From NCBI RefSeq assembly GCF_036321535.1, contig NC_087436.1, forward strand, positions 39,806,001 through 39,870,000: 64,000 bases of DNA, written 5' to 3'. This stretch comes from Camelus dromedarius. Lineage: Eukaryota. Numbering within the stretch: position 1 is the first letter of the stretch; each line of letters opens with the position of its first letter. The notes under the pieces were generated by a model, which was given only the letters and a program-made list of their open reading frames with translations, made no database searches and was not told where the DNA came from. Positions 10,867-23,965 of this stretch are shown in pieces. A program made the position numbers and the translations under genes.

Positions 10867-13489
10867 CTCCATGTGCAAAATACATTTAAAAGTCTTCAAA
10901 AAGTTGAAACATGAAAGTGGATTTAAAATGCCAAGAAGTTAAAAAAAATCTAGACTGTTGGCTTTGTGCTAAAGATTATTATTTATTTTCTAAGGATAAA
11001 AATTTGTTAACAAGATTAATGACTATTTGTCTAGCTTTACTTGTTCTCTGTGCAGAATTATAAAATAGCATAGACACATCTGCTGTCTCTTTTCTTTCTA
11101 CTTTCTGAGACTTCAGAACTTTTAAATATTTTAATATCTACGTTTTTTTATCTTTTTCCATGATGTCTTCTAAAACAATGATGTTTTAAAATGCTTGTGA
11201 TTGATTAGTGATGGGACACTGCCCAGCAACCAAAACACAGCTATTCTTAGCAAATCACACTGCATTACATTTTGATTTCTAATTTAAGAAGAACTGTATT
11301 TACTTTCAACAGCAAAGGCTAGACAATGAAAAAAATTTCAAGAGTTCTAAATCTTTAACAAACAGAAGCATTCTTTAGTATTTGGAATGTGTTTTGAAAG
11401 AGTTTTATTTTTTATAATTTTAAAAGGTGTCATTGAATAAAGAGAAGATTTCATATAAACCTAGGCTTTTGTTTTTATTCTTTTTCTTCCCTTTTTTTTT
11501 TTTTTTTTTTTGATTAAAGAGGGAATCTTAAACCACATCTTAAAATCAAGATGTGGTTCAAAGGGCCAAGAACATTACAATACTTGAGAAATCGTATTAT
11601 CTCAATCTGTCCTTTTCTTTTTAACTTCTGATGCAATCAGGAAGTGATTTAATGTGTTCTTGTCATTAATAATATAACAGGCTGTAACTAGAATGTACTA
11701 AACCACAATCAATTCATTTTGTTTTCTTATAAAATGGAAAAGAGAATGAAAAATAGAACCCTTCAACTTGCCTGGTAAATAACCATCCTTCCAACTAGCA
11801 GCTTCAATTAATTCAGTATGCTGGCCCTGTGTTATTATGGTGACATTTACTAGGTTATTATCTTTCTTGGAAATCAGCTTATTTGGAATATAAGAGAGAA
11901 AAAGAAGAAAAAACGGTGAGGTTGTGTTTGTGTTCTTTTTCACTTGGTAGCAATGTATTTTTCCATGTAAATTCTTCATCATACAAGTATATCTCTCTTG
12001 TCTTCATCTACTTTTGCATACTTATGTTGTTTATTTATATACATTTTCTTAAAACTTTGGCAGATATTTGCTTTCTAGACCAGATTTATCAAATTTATGA
12101 ACTCAGCACTTCATCTTCTATTAATATATTCATATTTTTTTAAACCTAGGAGGAAAGATAATGGTGCTGGGTCAGAATGATTAATAACCTCTAATTTGTT
12201 AACAAGCTTTCTTGACAATTTGTCTATCTTTATGTTGTCTTTGTGCAGAATTATAAAATGGCAAAAGATAAAGTCGGTGACCATTTATCTCTTCCAACTT
12301 GGCCGTGTTTGTCTTGAAAATTTTTCCATCCTAAGGGAAACTGCCTTTTTCATTACACTATACAGTGCAGAGTGTTTAACAATGTTTCATAGAGTAGGTA
12401 ATAAAATGTCTTTGTCAAGCAAGTGATAAAAGTGCTTTATACATATATTTTGTTTACAGAGAAACTGGGGCCCTAGAAGTAGAAAAAGAATATGAGAATT
12501 CCTCCTTAAAGCTCATCCTTTGAAAACATTAGTTATGGCTCCTAGTGATGTGTTCAATTGTTTCTCAGACAAAGTGTTTCATCTTAAGTGAAGACAAGGA
12601 CTGATTGAGTAGTTCTATTTAACAACAGTCTTCTTAAGTTACCTTTTTGTAAACTGGAGCTATGAATAATTCAAGTTTCTCAGTAGATCACAATGACTCC
12701 TTAACAATAAACAATGTTTCACGTATCACTCAGGCACCTATATCTGCAAGGAAACACTAAGATGAATGTGTTTTTCAGACTCTTTATTTTATAGATTCAA
12801 CTCATATTCAACTTGGAAAAGTTTAATGATACCACATCTCAGAAATAACTTAGAAAAATTAAGATGATCTAGTTTTATATCTAGAGAGAATCTTCCTATA
12901 ATAGAATTTTCTTAAAGCTATTCCAGGAGCTGACTCAGTATGGTTTTTAAAAAATATGTCAATTTTATTGCATTGTAGTAAAAGTAGTTTTAAATATATT
13001 TAAATGTGACTACAGTGGGAATGGTTTTCATAGACGTTTGTTGCACTGCTGGGTAAAGATATAGGTTAAAATTTCAGAGTTTTAAATGTTAATGTTTAAA
13101 ACTAAATCAATTAAAAGAATCAAGATAAATGAAACAGACACATTCCTTAAAGATATAAATTCAGTATTTTTGTCATAGCCCTTTTTCTTAACTTCATTCT
13201 TCTCCTTTACTTTGCGAAAGATTTCCAGGGAATTTCTTTTCTGTATAACTCATCTTTCTAATTTTCGAATTATCTTCCCATGTTTGAATAGAGTAGGCTG
13301 ATTCTGGATACTGGACTTAAAAATAATATTTTTGATAAATTGTGCTGGATCAAGTACGTATCTACATGATAAAAAAATCACCACTCTGCTCCTCTATTTC
13401 ACTTGCATTTTTTTTCAACAAAGGTAGCTGTCTGTCTACAATGGAAAGTCTGTATTAGCTATTGAAAAGATATGTTCTCCATGATATTT

Positions 13490-14090
13490 TCTAATATTTT
13501 AAACTGTTAATGCATCAGTGGTATGCAGCTATTAAATGCATCTTTAAATATGTCTCTGATTCTATTATAAAATTCTAGAATTTGAATAGTTAGGTTAACA
13601 GCATGCAAATATATGAGTAAGCTTCTTCAGAAAAGTTGAATCAATTTATGTCGCCAGTAGCAGAGGTGGAGCCTACCTGTTTGCTCACACCCTAATTAAC
13701 GTTGGCTAATATTCATTTAAACATTTTCCAACTGGTGGATTAGAAATGATATATACCTATTTAGAATGTATGTTTTGAGATAATTTATATTTGAAAATTA
13801 GCCTTTTTATGATATTTTCCCATTTTTCTCTTCAACGTTTATTTCTTACTGACTTGGAGTTTATATACACACAGACACACTCACACATGCACACATATGT
13901 TAAGGGCACAACCTCTTCTGCCTGTCACATATGTTGCAAATGCTTTTTCCAGATTTCCAACTGCTTTTTAATTTGATGGTCTGGCATGTCCTATAAAAGT
14001 TTGAATTTTATACATTACTAAACCTATAGGTTATTTAGAGGTCTTGACAACCACTCCAAAATTTACCTTCATATTCTCTTTTAGTGCCTG
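13490..14090 (-). mobile_element. Highly diverged L1 (L1ME-like) ORF2 3' region
   Basis: CTTCAGAAAAGTTGAATCAATTTA...CCAGTAGCAG and TATGTTGCAAATGCTTTTTCCAG...CTTTTTAATTTG match degraded antisense L1 ORF2 blocks. Confidence 0.6.
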
Positions 14091-14213
14091 GAAAATTACA
14101 TGTAAATCAAGTCACAGAAACTAGTATATCTCTATAGATCCCTCATTAAACATTCCTATTATATCTATTTATGAATATGAAATATACAAAAGTAAAGAGG
14201 ATCATTACACTAG

Positions 14214-14874
14214 TTTTTTAAGCAAATGTTTATTGAAAATAACATGCATATTGGTATGTATGCAAACCATTAGTGTAAAAATTGATAAATTTTCCTAAAA
14301 TAAAGTATCATCCACGTTAAGAAAAAGGACCTTTCACATTTTTGCATTTAGGAGCCCCATTTGTGCCTCTTCCAGTCACTATTCCCAAGGAGTCACCGCT
14401 ATCCTGGTTTATGACACCAAAGACTGGTTTTCCTGTTTTTAAGCTTTGTATAAATGGAATCAGTGGGTAATCTTTTGTGTTAGGTTTCTTTGACTTTGTA
14501 CTGTGAATGTGAGATTCATCCACATTCTCCTACAGAGTTGTAGTTCTTGTATTTTTCTTGCTGTCTAGCATATCATTGGGTGACTATAACACTTATTTAT
14601 CCATTATGCAAATTAGAGATAATTGGTAGGCTCCAGTTTGGGCTTTATGAACAGTACTTTTAGAAATATTGTGGAACATGTTTTGTGGTGAAGATGTTTA
14701 AATGTTTGAGTTTGATATATACTTAAGAGTTACGTTGCTGAATCGTAGCATGGAGTGTATATATTTGGCATTTGTAGACAGTCCCTAATAGTTTTCCAAA
14801 AAGGTTGTATCAGTTTACAGTCCCTCAGGTAGCACATGTGTGACCCAATTCTCCACATTTTTCTAGTTACTTGA
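14214..14874 (-). mobile_element. L1ME-like 3' end
   Basis: TTTATTGAAAATAACATGCATA...TATAAATGGAATCA...GTGAGATTCATCCA...TTTTCCAAAAAGGTTGTATCAGTTTACA. Confidence 0.8.
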
Positions 14875-15447
14875 TGTATTCATTTTTAATTGTCTAACAA
14901 ATTACCACAAAGTTAACGTTTTTAAACAACTTACATTTATTACTTCACAGTTTCTGTAGGTCAGAAATCAGGATGTGGTTTAGCTGGATTCTCCCTTAGG
15001 AATTCATAGAAGTCAAGGTGTTGGACAGGCTGTTTTCTCATCTAAAGGTTTGACCAGGGATGGCTCCTCTTCCAAGGCTCTCACATTTTTGACAGAGCTC
15101 ATTTCCTTGTGGCTGCACGACTGAAGATCCTGGTTTTTTCCTGGCTTTTGGCTGGAAGCTGCTCATAAGTCCTAGAGCCCAGTTGCAGTTCCTTGCCATG
15201 TGGCCCTTTTGATTGGCAGTTCACAACAGGGCTGTCTGCTTCTTCATGGCAGGTGGGATGGTCCCTCCAGTTGGCGAAGATGGAGTCTTATATAACAAAA
15301 TGGAAGTGCCATCCCATCACCTTTGCCATATTCTATTGACTAGAAGCAAATTGCGGGTCCTTCCAGACTCAAGGGGAGGAGATTATACAGGGTGTAACAG
15401 TAGGGAGTGGAGATCATGTAGCTGTCTTAGAATTTGTCTGTATTAAC
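14875..15447 (-). mobile_element. MLT1 (MLT1F-like) MaLR solo LTR
   Basis: TAACAAATTACCACAAA...AAACAAC...TCACAGTTTCTGTAGGTCAGAAATC...TTGCCATATTCTATTGACTAGAAGCAA...CAAGGGGAGGAGATTATACAGGGTGT. Confidence 0.85.
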
Positions 15448-15611
15448 TTAAGTGGAGTCTACAATTAAATTTCACTTCTGTATATAATAACTTCGAATGG
15501 AATGTGTACATCTAGTTTTAGTATTTATTTTCTCTTCTCAGCACCTTGTGGCCCTCATCAAACAGTGTATTTCTTCACTGCTTACTTGGACTGCATGCAT
15601 GATATAACTTC

Positions 15612-16376
15612 TTTTTTTTCTTTTTATTGAAGTATAGTTGATTTATAATGTATTAGTTTCAAGTGTACAGCAAAGTGATTCAGTTATACATATATAAATA
15701 TATATACTTTTCCAGATTCTTTTCCATTATAGGTTATTACAAGATATTGAGTATTGTCCCCTGTGCTATACAGTAGGTCCTTGTTGTTTATCTGTTTTAT
15801 GTATAGTAGTGTGTATACGTTAATCCCAAACTCCTAATGTATCCCTCTCCCCAACACCTTTCCCCTTTGGTAACCATAGCTTGTTTTCTATGTCTTTGAG
15901 TCTATTTCTGATTTGTAAATAAGTTTATTTGTATAACTTTTTTTAGATTCCACACATAAGTAATATATGATGTTTGTCTTTCTCTGTCTGACTTCACTTA
16001 TTATGATAATCTCTAGGTCCATCCATGTTGCTGCAAATGGCATTATTTCATTCTTTTTATGGCTGAGTAATATTCCATTGTGTGTGTATACCATATCTTC
16101 TTTATCCAATCATCTTTCAATGGACATTTATGCCTCCATGTCTGGGCTATTGTAAATAGTGCTGCTGTAAACATTGGGATACATGTGGCTTTTTCAGTTA
16201 GAATTTTCTCTGGGTATATGCCCAGAAGTGGGATTGCTGGATCATGTGGTAAGTCTGTTTTTAGTTTTTGAAGGAACCTCCATCCTGTCCTCCGTAATGG
16301 CTGCATCAATTTACATTCTCACCAACATTGTAGGAGGGTTTCTTTTTCTTCACACCCTCTCTAACATTTATTACTT
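15612..16376 (-). mobile_element. Young lineage-specific L1 3' end
   Basis: ORF 16043..16309 (WRFLQKLKTDLPHDPAIPLLGIYP...MEYYSAIKR) is the L1 ORF2 C-terminus. T-rich tail at the left edge. Confidence 0.95.
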
Positions 16377-16426
16377 GAGGACTAGGAGACTTCTTTTTTA
16401 AAACAGTATTTCTGCATTATGTCTCT

Positions 16427-16762
16427 GAAGTAGATGCTCTTGCTGTTTCACCAGGTTCCCTTTCACAAGGCAAGTGCACTCATCCCTCTGGCCCAATAAG
16501 AGCTAATGTGCCCCCGGATTATACACTTCCCACCTTCACCCACCTTGAAGGGAAGCATCAATGACTAACTAACACGAGTATACAAAGGGCTAGTCCCTTG
16601 TCTCCAATGAGAACCAGCTTGGCGCAATTTATGCTCCAGAGTGCCTTGTGGGATCAGGCTGAATTGAGACTTTAGCCAAGACCTCACCTTTGCTGAGCTT
16701 TCTTTCCTGATCTGTCCTACCTCCGACATCCCAATTCTACTGAAATACTCCTCTATAAGTCC
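16427..16762 (+). mobile_element. LTR16A/E-like ERVL LTR fragment
   Basis: GCAATTTATGCTCCAGAGTGCCTTGTGGGATCAGGCTGA...CTCACCTTTGCTGAGCTTT matches the recalled LTR16A core. Confidence 0.7.
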
Positions 16763-17694
16763 TCTTCTGGCTTTCAGGTACTTAGGGAAATCTCCTAACT
16801 TTTCCTTACTCTATTATTACAGTTTGCATTATAGAAGTTGTATGATTATCTTGAAAAGCTAATGAAATTAAGTATCACAGAGTCACAAAATAGGGACATT
16901 GCAATTCTCCTCACTGTTTTCTCACAAACACAGATGGGTATTTCTTCAAAAACTGCATTTCTCTTTTCCTTTTTCTTTTTTGGTACAGAATACCTTTAAA
17001 TATGATTTTATATATACTTAGTACAAAAGACATTATCCTGTTTATTAATAACTCTTTTGCAGAGTGATGTTGATCCTTTGAGAGGTGTTTGTTAAATTCA
17101 GTTGTCACATTGACTCACCTCAGCTGTTTCCTAGTTTGTGCAGTAGGCGGTGGTATCCTTGGTATCTACAACCAGTACTGTGTGGCCACACGCATCACAA
17201 CAGCCATGATCAGTGAATAGCCAGTATCCCTGTTCCGGTGAAAAACATCTATCTGTGAATAGATGTATATATATCAATGTATCTTTCCACCCAACTGTAA
17301 TCTTACTTTGAAATCATTAAGGAATACTCTATCTAAAATAACGCTAAGGAAAGTTTCCTGTTGAGGCAAATAATTCATTTTTTAAAAAAGGAAATAGTAA
17401 CATTGATCACTTATATAAATCCCAATTTTATGGTAACAGGTCTTTAAAGGAAGGAAACTTTTTTTTTTATTAATTTATACAGATATATAATACAACTAAT
17501 GTACTAGAAAGTAAAATTTAAACCATACCTTATGATCTTAAATCTACCTTAATTTTTCTTTACTTACCAATATATGGGTATCCCCAGGGTAAGCCTGAAT
17601 AGATGATTCAGACTTGGAAACTTAATATCCAAGTTGATATTAGATTTATTTTATAGATATTACCATGATACATTCTCTGTTTCTATAAATAGAC

Positions 17695-18645
17695 CCACCA
17701 ACCACTTGGTCACCCAAACCTGTCACCTGGAAATTAATTTTCACTTTACTGCCTCCTCCATCTCCTTCATCCTATACCGTATTATTTGTCACTAAGTTCT
17801 GCTGATTTTAATAACCAGATATTGCTGTCCCTTTATTTATCCCCTTTGACTTCAGGGAAAATTCTTATCACTGAATAGACTATTGCTATAATCTCATTTG
17901 TTGGTTTCTAATGGCTCCATCCTTCTACATCACAGTGAATTTTTTTTTGTCTACATTATAAATCTGAATATGCTACTCACTTGCTTAAGACACATGAAGA
18001 GCTCCATTCTATTCAGAATATATTAAAGACCAAAATCCTTGTGTGACACATAAGATCCTTCACAGTCTGATCCCTGCCCCTCATCTATATTCATGCTTTG
18101 TTCCAGTACAAGTCTTTTGTTCATAAAACACGTCACACTTTTTCATTCCTCTACACCTTCGCACATGCAGTTACCTCTGGCTGCAAATTCTTTCTCCTCT
18201 TCCTTTACCAAGTGAGAGGCCCTGCTTATCCATCCTGACACTGTCTAAAGGTTAACTCCTGAGTCAGTTCTGCTTTGGCATCTCTGGGCAGGGTTGAAGC
18301 TTCTTTATGCTTTCCTTGCACGTTGTGAGCACATCTCTTATAGCATAGGATTACAAGTTCCTTTAGCCCCTGGACTGAGTTTTCTTGATATTACCAGTTC
18401 CAGCCTAGCAAATCGCTTGTCACACAATGCTCAATAAGTCATTTGCTTTTTGAATAGTGAATGATTATATATTCATAGTCTACTTGAAATCACTAAGCTG
18501 TTTCACGACTCCAATTTTTTTAACACTTCAAGAAATGGATGGATTTCTCAGTCATCTTTAATCTACTATAGGGCCTTACAATATAATATCTGACAGGCAC
18601 TAAATAATCAATACATATTTTTTGAATGAATAAGTGAATGACTAA
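17695..18645 (+). mobile_element. L2 LINE 3' portion, with a second short L2 tail
   Basis: TCACTAAGTTCTGCTGATTT, AAATCTGAATATGCTACTC, CCTTCACAGTCTGATCCCTGCC and CCTTCGCACATGCAGTT blocks. Tails TCAATAAGT...TGAATGA and TTTTTGAATGAATAAGTGAATGA. Confidence 0.75.
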
Positions 18646-20149
18646 ATGTAGGTGCAGAACCCTGCAAGCAAAAGAAGTCTGTTAGATTCCTCCTTTGTGA
18701 CTATTTCTGTTGTGGATTTAATAAGTTTTAAGAATTTATGCAGTTTTTGTAAAATCATATTTTACTGATTTAATTACTGTTTCTTTTGAATAATTGGCTA
18801 CTGATCTCAAACAAAGTTACTCTTTTAATGTCAAAAGCTGTTCCTATTCAGCTCTTTCTCTTTTCTAATTTTTACCTTTTAAAGAGTAACAGATTTAAGG
18901 TTAGGGTATAAAAATTTTTCCCAACTGGAATTTACAAGCATTATCACACTGAATGTTGCAATATGTAATTTGATATAGAGATATCGTCTCTAAATGCAAA
19001 CTATGCCCAAGACTACCAAAGACTACTAAACGATAGTACACCCTCCCCCTAAAAAAATAAAGACAAGGTAGAAAATGTAACAATTTGTGTCCAGAAGTTC
19101 TTGGCTGAAGAAATCATGACAATATTTGATGTTTCCTTATATATTTTAGCATTTACTTATTGTTTGCAATGTTTTCTGATAGATGCCACAGTGGATTCAA
19201 AGATAACAATTTAGTCCCTGACTTTCAGAAGTTACCAATGTATTAGAAAAATTTGGATAGGATGGTAACTATTATGAAATGCTGTATGTTAAAAGTGGAT
19301 TAGAAGATAAATCAAGGATAATGGCCAGTGAGAGCAAAGAAACTTAATTTCTGTTGTAGGAAATCATGGAGGCAGTGAAATTTGGTCATATCTTGAAAAC
19401 TGAACAGAATTTCGACTTTTGTAGATAAACAGGCTGACGATATATTGTGATTTCCCAGGGTATAGAACTGTTTTCTACTAATGTATGAGGGTTCTCTGTC
19501 TCCATCATCCCCCACCTGCCAAGCAGATTCTTTACGTCTTTCTCCTCTCCTCTGACCCCCATCTCCTGATAGAAGTTCTGTTTCTTTTTTTCCCAAAGAA
19601 GATGCTAGACAGCATCAGAGAAAGAAAATACCTTACTATTACTAGCTTTGCTTACATACAGAAATGACATAATAAGCAGCTAAGAAACCATGGACAGTAG
19701 AGAGAGAAAGATATGCTTCATGGACTGCACTGGGGAGGGTTGTTAGGGGTTTGGCATGTAAGAGACTCCAGAGAAGCTGTTAGTGCTGGAGAATCGGGTA
19801 TTAGAGGGAGAAGTTAAGGTGGGTTTGCATAGTTGAGAAATTAGACCCCCTCTGATATTCCTAAAGACATATGAGTAGAGTGAATTTCCATTAAGACTTA
19901 TTTTTGGTCGTTGGAATGAGCTTCCATAAATATGACTCTGTATATTTATTATTATTATTTAGTCTTTGCATGAGGGCCTGGCTTTTATTAGGTTTATCCA
20001 TTCATAGACCTATAGAGGTACTTGGTAGGTTTTAGGTAATGATAGATGGTTTAATTTCATTGGGATGATGAGATCATGAAAAGGAAGAGTGAAAGTTATG
20101 GCTGGAAGAGTAATGAGTGTTTTTGTGTGTGTGTGTTTGGAGAAGGGGG

Positions 20150-21260
20150 CTGGTGGGCATGTGATTGACCTTGAGGGCCATGGTACTGAGATTGGGTTTC
20201 ACTGAGGAGGCGCTAGAAAGCCACTAAAGAACTTTGTTCAGATAGTGAGGTGAACATTGTTAGGCCTAGGAAACATTCATCTGGTGATTATGTGCTCATG
20301 AGGTGGAGGCTAAATACTGAAGGTAGGAAAGCTAATTACCTTTCAGGGGGCTGTTGAAATATTCTTTTAGAGGCATCTAAACATTTAAATTGTTCATTCC
20401 TGTCATTAGAAAATTGGAGCACACATTACCATATATGTTTGTTTATAAATTACATATATATTAATATCTTCTAGATATTATAAAATATTAACAAAAATGG
20501 AAGTACAAATGCCTGATTGTATTGCCGTGTTACCCCTTTTAGCATCCTTAGGCCATTTTGAAGACTGCTGTAGAGCATGGTATAGAGAGATGACGAGGTC
20601 TTCACTGTAACTGTGGAGGTGGAAATAGCCAGGATGAGGACAATGTAAAGATTGTAACATTTGACCAACTGGATTTTGGGCATAAAGGAGAGAGGTGGAA
20701 AAGATAATAGCTCTCACATTTCATACTTGTTGAACACGTAGAATGATAGTTTGACTCATAGAAATATGTTTTTGTTTTAATAAAAATTGTTTTCAGGAAA
20801 ATGTAAAAAAAATGGATTCTGACAACATTACTTCAGACTGCTGGTAATAATAAAATAGAGCAATCTGGCAAAAAATTAAAATTTCTGCATTGGAACCTCA
20901 AAGTGAGATTGTGATTGGAAGTGCAAATTAATTAAGTCCTTATGTTGTAGGTCAAACTATAGAGCTACCTAAATAAAAATGACTGAGGGAGGAAGCAAAT
21001 CAGTGAAGACCACTTCCATTTATGGGGCAGGTTTGGGTTTAAGGGTCTCAGTAAGGAGAAAAGTATAATTGTGTAAAGAACCAAGGGAGAAGACAGATTC
21101 CTAGGGAAGATAGTTTTTTTTGTTTTGTTTTGTTTTTTGTTTTTTTTAATAGGACTGGTGTGTTCAACAACATCATCCAAGGTTGCAGGAAAGTCTATAA
21201 GCAAGAACCTAAGAGAAGTTTACTGGATTAGGGATTAAAGGCAGCTTTGGTGTGATTAAA
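20150..21260 (-). mobile_element. Fragmented L2 LINE
   Basis: GAGGGCCATGGTACTGAGATTGGGTTT...AAAGCCACTAAAGAACTTT and later purine-rich antisense L2-like blocks, interrupted. Confidence 0.55.
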
Positions 21261-23829
21261 AAGCTGTAATCTTTTGGAAATCATGGAACAGAAGATATCT
21301 CAAAAATCTCAAGATGGTACAGCCTTAATTTTCTGAAAAGAAAAAGAATGTTCTGTTAAATTCAGACTTGAAAAAGGACACACTTCTAGAAAATTATTAA
21401 ATAAAATCTTTAATTATAGACAACTCATAATGTTTAATTATTATTAAGCATAATCTTTTAGGACATTTAAATAAAATTCAAGCTACAGGCATGTCATTCT
21501 AACATAACTTTATTTTAATTGTTCTCTTACTTGTATGTTAAACTGTTAAAAGAATACAGATATGTATAAATAAACTTATACATTTATTAATATTTTAATA
21601 TATGATTATATGTTTTTATGTTCATAATTCCTTGTTTTAATAGTCATTATAATTGCTATATTAATGGATGTATGACAGTTCATCTAGAGACTAATATAAT
21701 TCTTCCTGAATCTTGAAGTGATTTTCTGTGCATGAGTGTAAAGGATCATCTGTCAAGAGGGACGGCAGAGGGGAAATGTTAATTTTGCTTATTTTCTTTG
21801 GATACATTGAGATTTGGTTTCTACCTCAAGCTTGCAGTATTTGTTTTCTCTACTGAGACTTGTTTATTTTCTTATTGCATTGGATGAAATAACATTTTTC
21901 CCTAAAGTCCTTCATGATTTATTTCTGCACTTGATTAAAACATTGCATTTAGAACTTTATAATCACATACTGACATTTTGTTTGAAAACAAGATGCATTT
22001 CAAAAACAAATTTTAACACATTTAAAGATGTTTCTTGATCCACCCCTGTGTTTTTGCATATGTGGACAATTACTTCATATTCGTGTTCCTCATTCTGCTT
22101 GATTTTGAGATGGATATCAAATTATGTGCCTAAAAACAAAATTTCATAGAATCTTAACATTGTGATAGAACTTGTAAGGTTATTTACTTTTTCAGACTTA
22201 GAAATCAGTCATTTGAGAATCTAGTACCAATAAAAATCTACAAAGGAGAGATTCTCCATCAAAATATTGATGTCTCCACTCAAGATATTGGTAAAAGTAT
22301 ATGAATATTTTTGCATTAAGTTTTTAGTTCGTATTAATTCTGATTGCTGTAACATATCAAACTGACCACAGTAATGAAAGAAATCACCAGGTTCATGATG
22401 CCTGATACAGTTTTTTAAGATCACATAAGAATAACTTTACTCTTAGGCAAAGGAAGACGAAAATCTTCTTTGCTATAATTCAAACCCATTTCCCCTTGTT
22501 TGATTTCCAGGGGGTAACTTCCCCAGTTTGTTGATGTGTATTATGTGTAATAGAATCATAAAGTTTACTAATAAAAATAAAGATCAAATCTATCACTTCT
22601 CTTTGATCCATCAGTCCTGTCTCTTTGTTATAGAGTTAGAATAAAGAGAACGCTATCCATTGATTAAGCATTGTGTGTGGGCATATGTGTCTTTATGTGT
22701 GCATAAACAACTTAAAAATAGACATTAGAGAAGGCAATGCATCTATAGTTTCTACCTTTAGAGGAATGACAAGCCTCATTTGGAGTTAAGATACAAACAC
22801 ATGAAAGGACTACATTGCTACCAACTGCACAATCTGGTACATATCACATAAATGCATGAGGCACTGACTAAGACATAGGGGCTTGGAGAGCAAGGGAAGG
22901 CTTTGGAGAGGTGAGTATGGTACTAATTTTGGAAAAGATGTTAAACGCACATAAACACATAGGAAACAGGAGCAGAGGGAGAGAGTGTAAAAGGAAGTGA
23001 GAAGGAGGGAGGAGATGCTAAGGAAGAGATTACATATCTTCTATGTTCCAGACCCTGTGTTCCATGTTTTATAGATTTTATTTAAGTACGGGTCAAATAA
23101 GAAGTTAACGTGTTTTTATTTAACAAGTTCTGCTGATTTTTTTCCTGGCCATTATATTACTGTGTGTGTATATTTTCCTCTAGTAGCTTAGAGTTGACTT
23201 TTCTTCTGTGATTTTTTTTAACATATGCAAATAGGGATTACAAGTTTACAATTTGTGGTTTAAAATTCTGTGGCTCTTGGTATTTCAGAACTCGGCAACT
23301 TAAGAGAGATTCCTTAAGTATCTAAATGCTGTCACCCAACTCTTTTGCATAAGCATACTTTTATGTAAATAAATTTTGTAAGATAATCATGTAATAGCTC
23401 ATCAATAATGTTCCCCTTTCACTTATGAAAGATATTCTCTAGATTATTCAGTAAAGCAGTGGGAATGTCTATAAGAACACCTTTTAATTTTTGAAGATGC
23501 TCCAAAAATTCTACCTAAAATATCTTTTAAAGAGTTTTTAGATTTCATGGTTGCTGTATCATGTTGTGTATTCTCAGGAGCAAAAGATTCTTGACTATTA
23601 ATTAGTATAATGTTGCATGATTGCCTTATCAAGTATGTTGGATGCAAGGTCAGTTAAACAAAATGACTTTCCAACTCCTGACACTGTCTCTGATTATCGA
23701 AGCGCATCAGACTGCAGCTGCATTAAGATGCTGGAACTAGACAGTCCATTTTAAATGGATGATAGAATCACGTAAGAAAGGAACAGTCTTTTTAGGTTGT
23801 TTGCTTGTTTTTAGGAGAAGATGATATTT

Positions 23830-23965
23830 AAAAAGAGCTAAGGAGAGCATGAGAAGATTGGGTAAAATTTCAAGATGTTTACTGAAAAATTGGATGCTCT
23901 TTATTTTACAACAGAAAGCACTCTGAGGGAATGATCGCGGTCTTTAAACATTCTTGCAATAATTG
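23830..23965 (+). mobile_element. Possible CR1/L3 3' fragment
   Basis: ACTGAAAAATTGGATGCTCTTTATT...CTGAGGGAATGATCGCGGTCTTTAAACATT loosely follows the recalled L3 3' ORF end. Confidence 0.4.
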
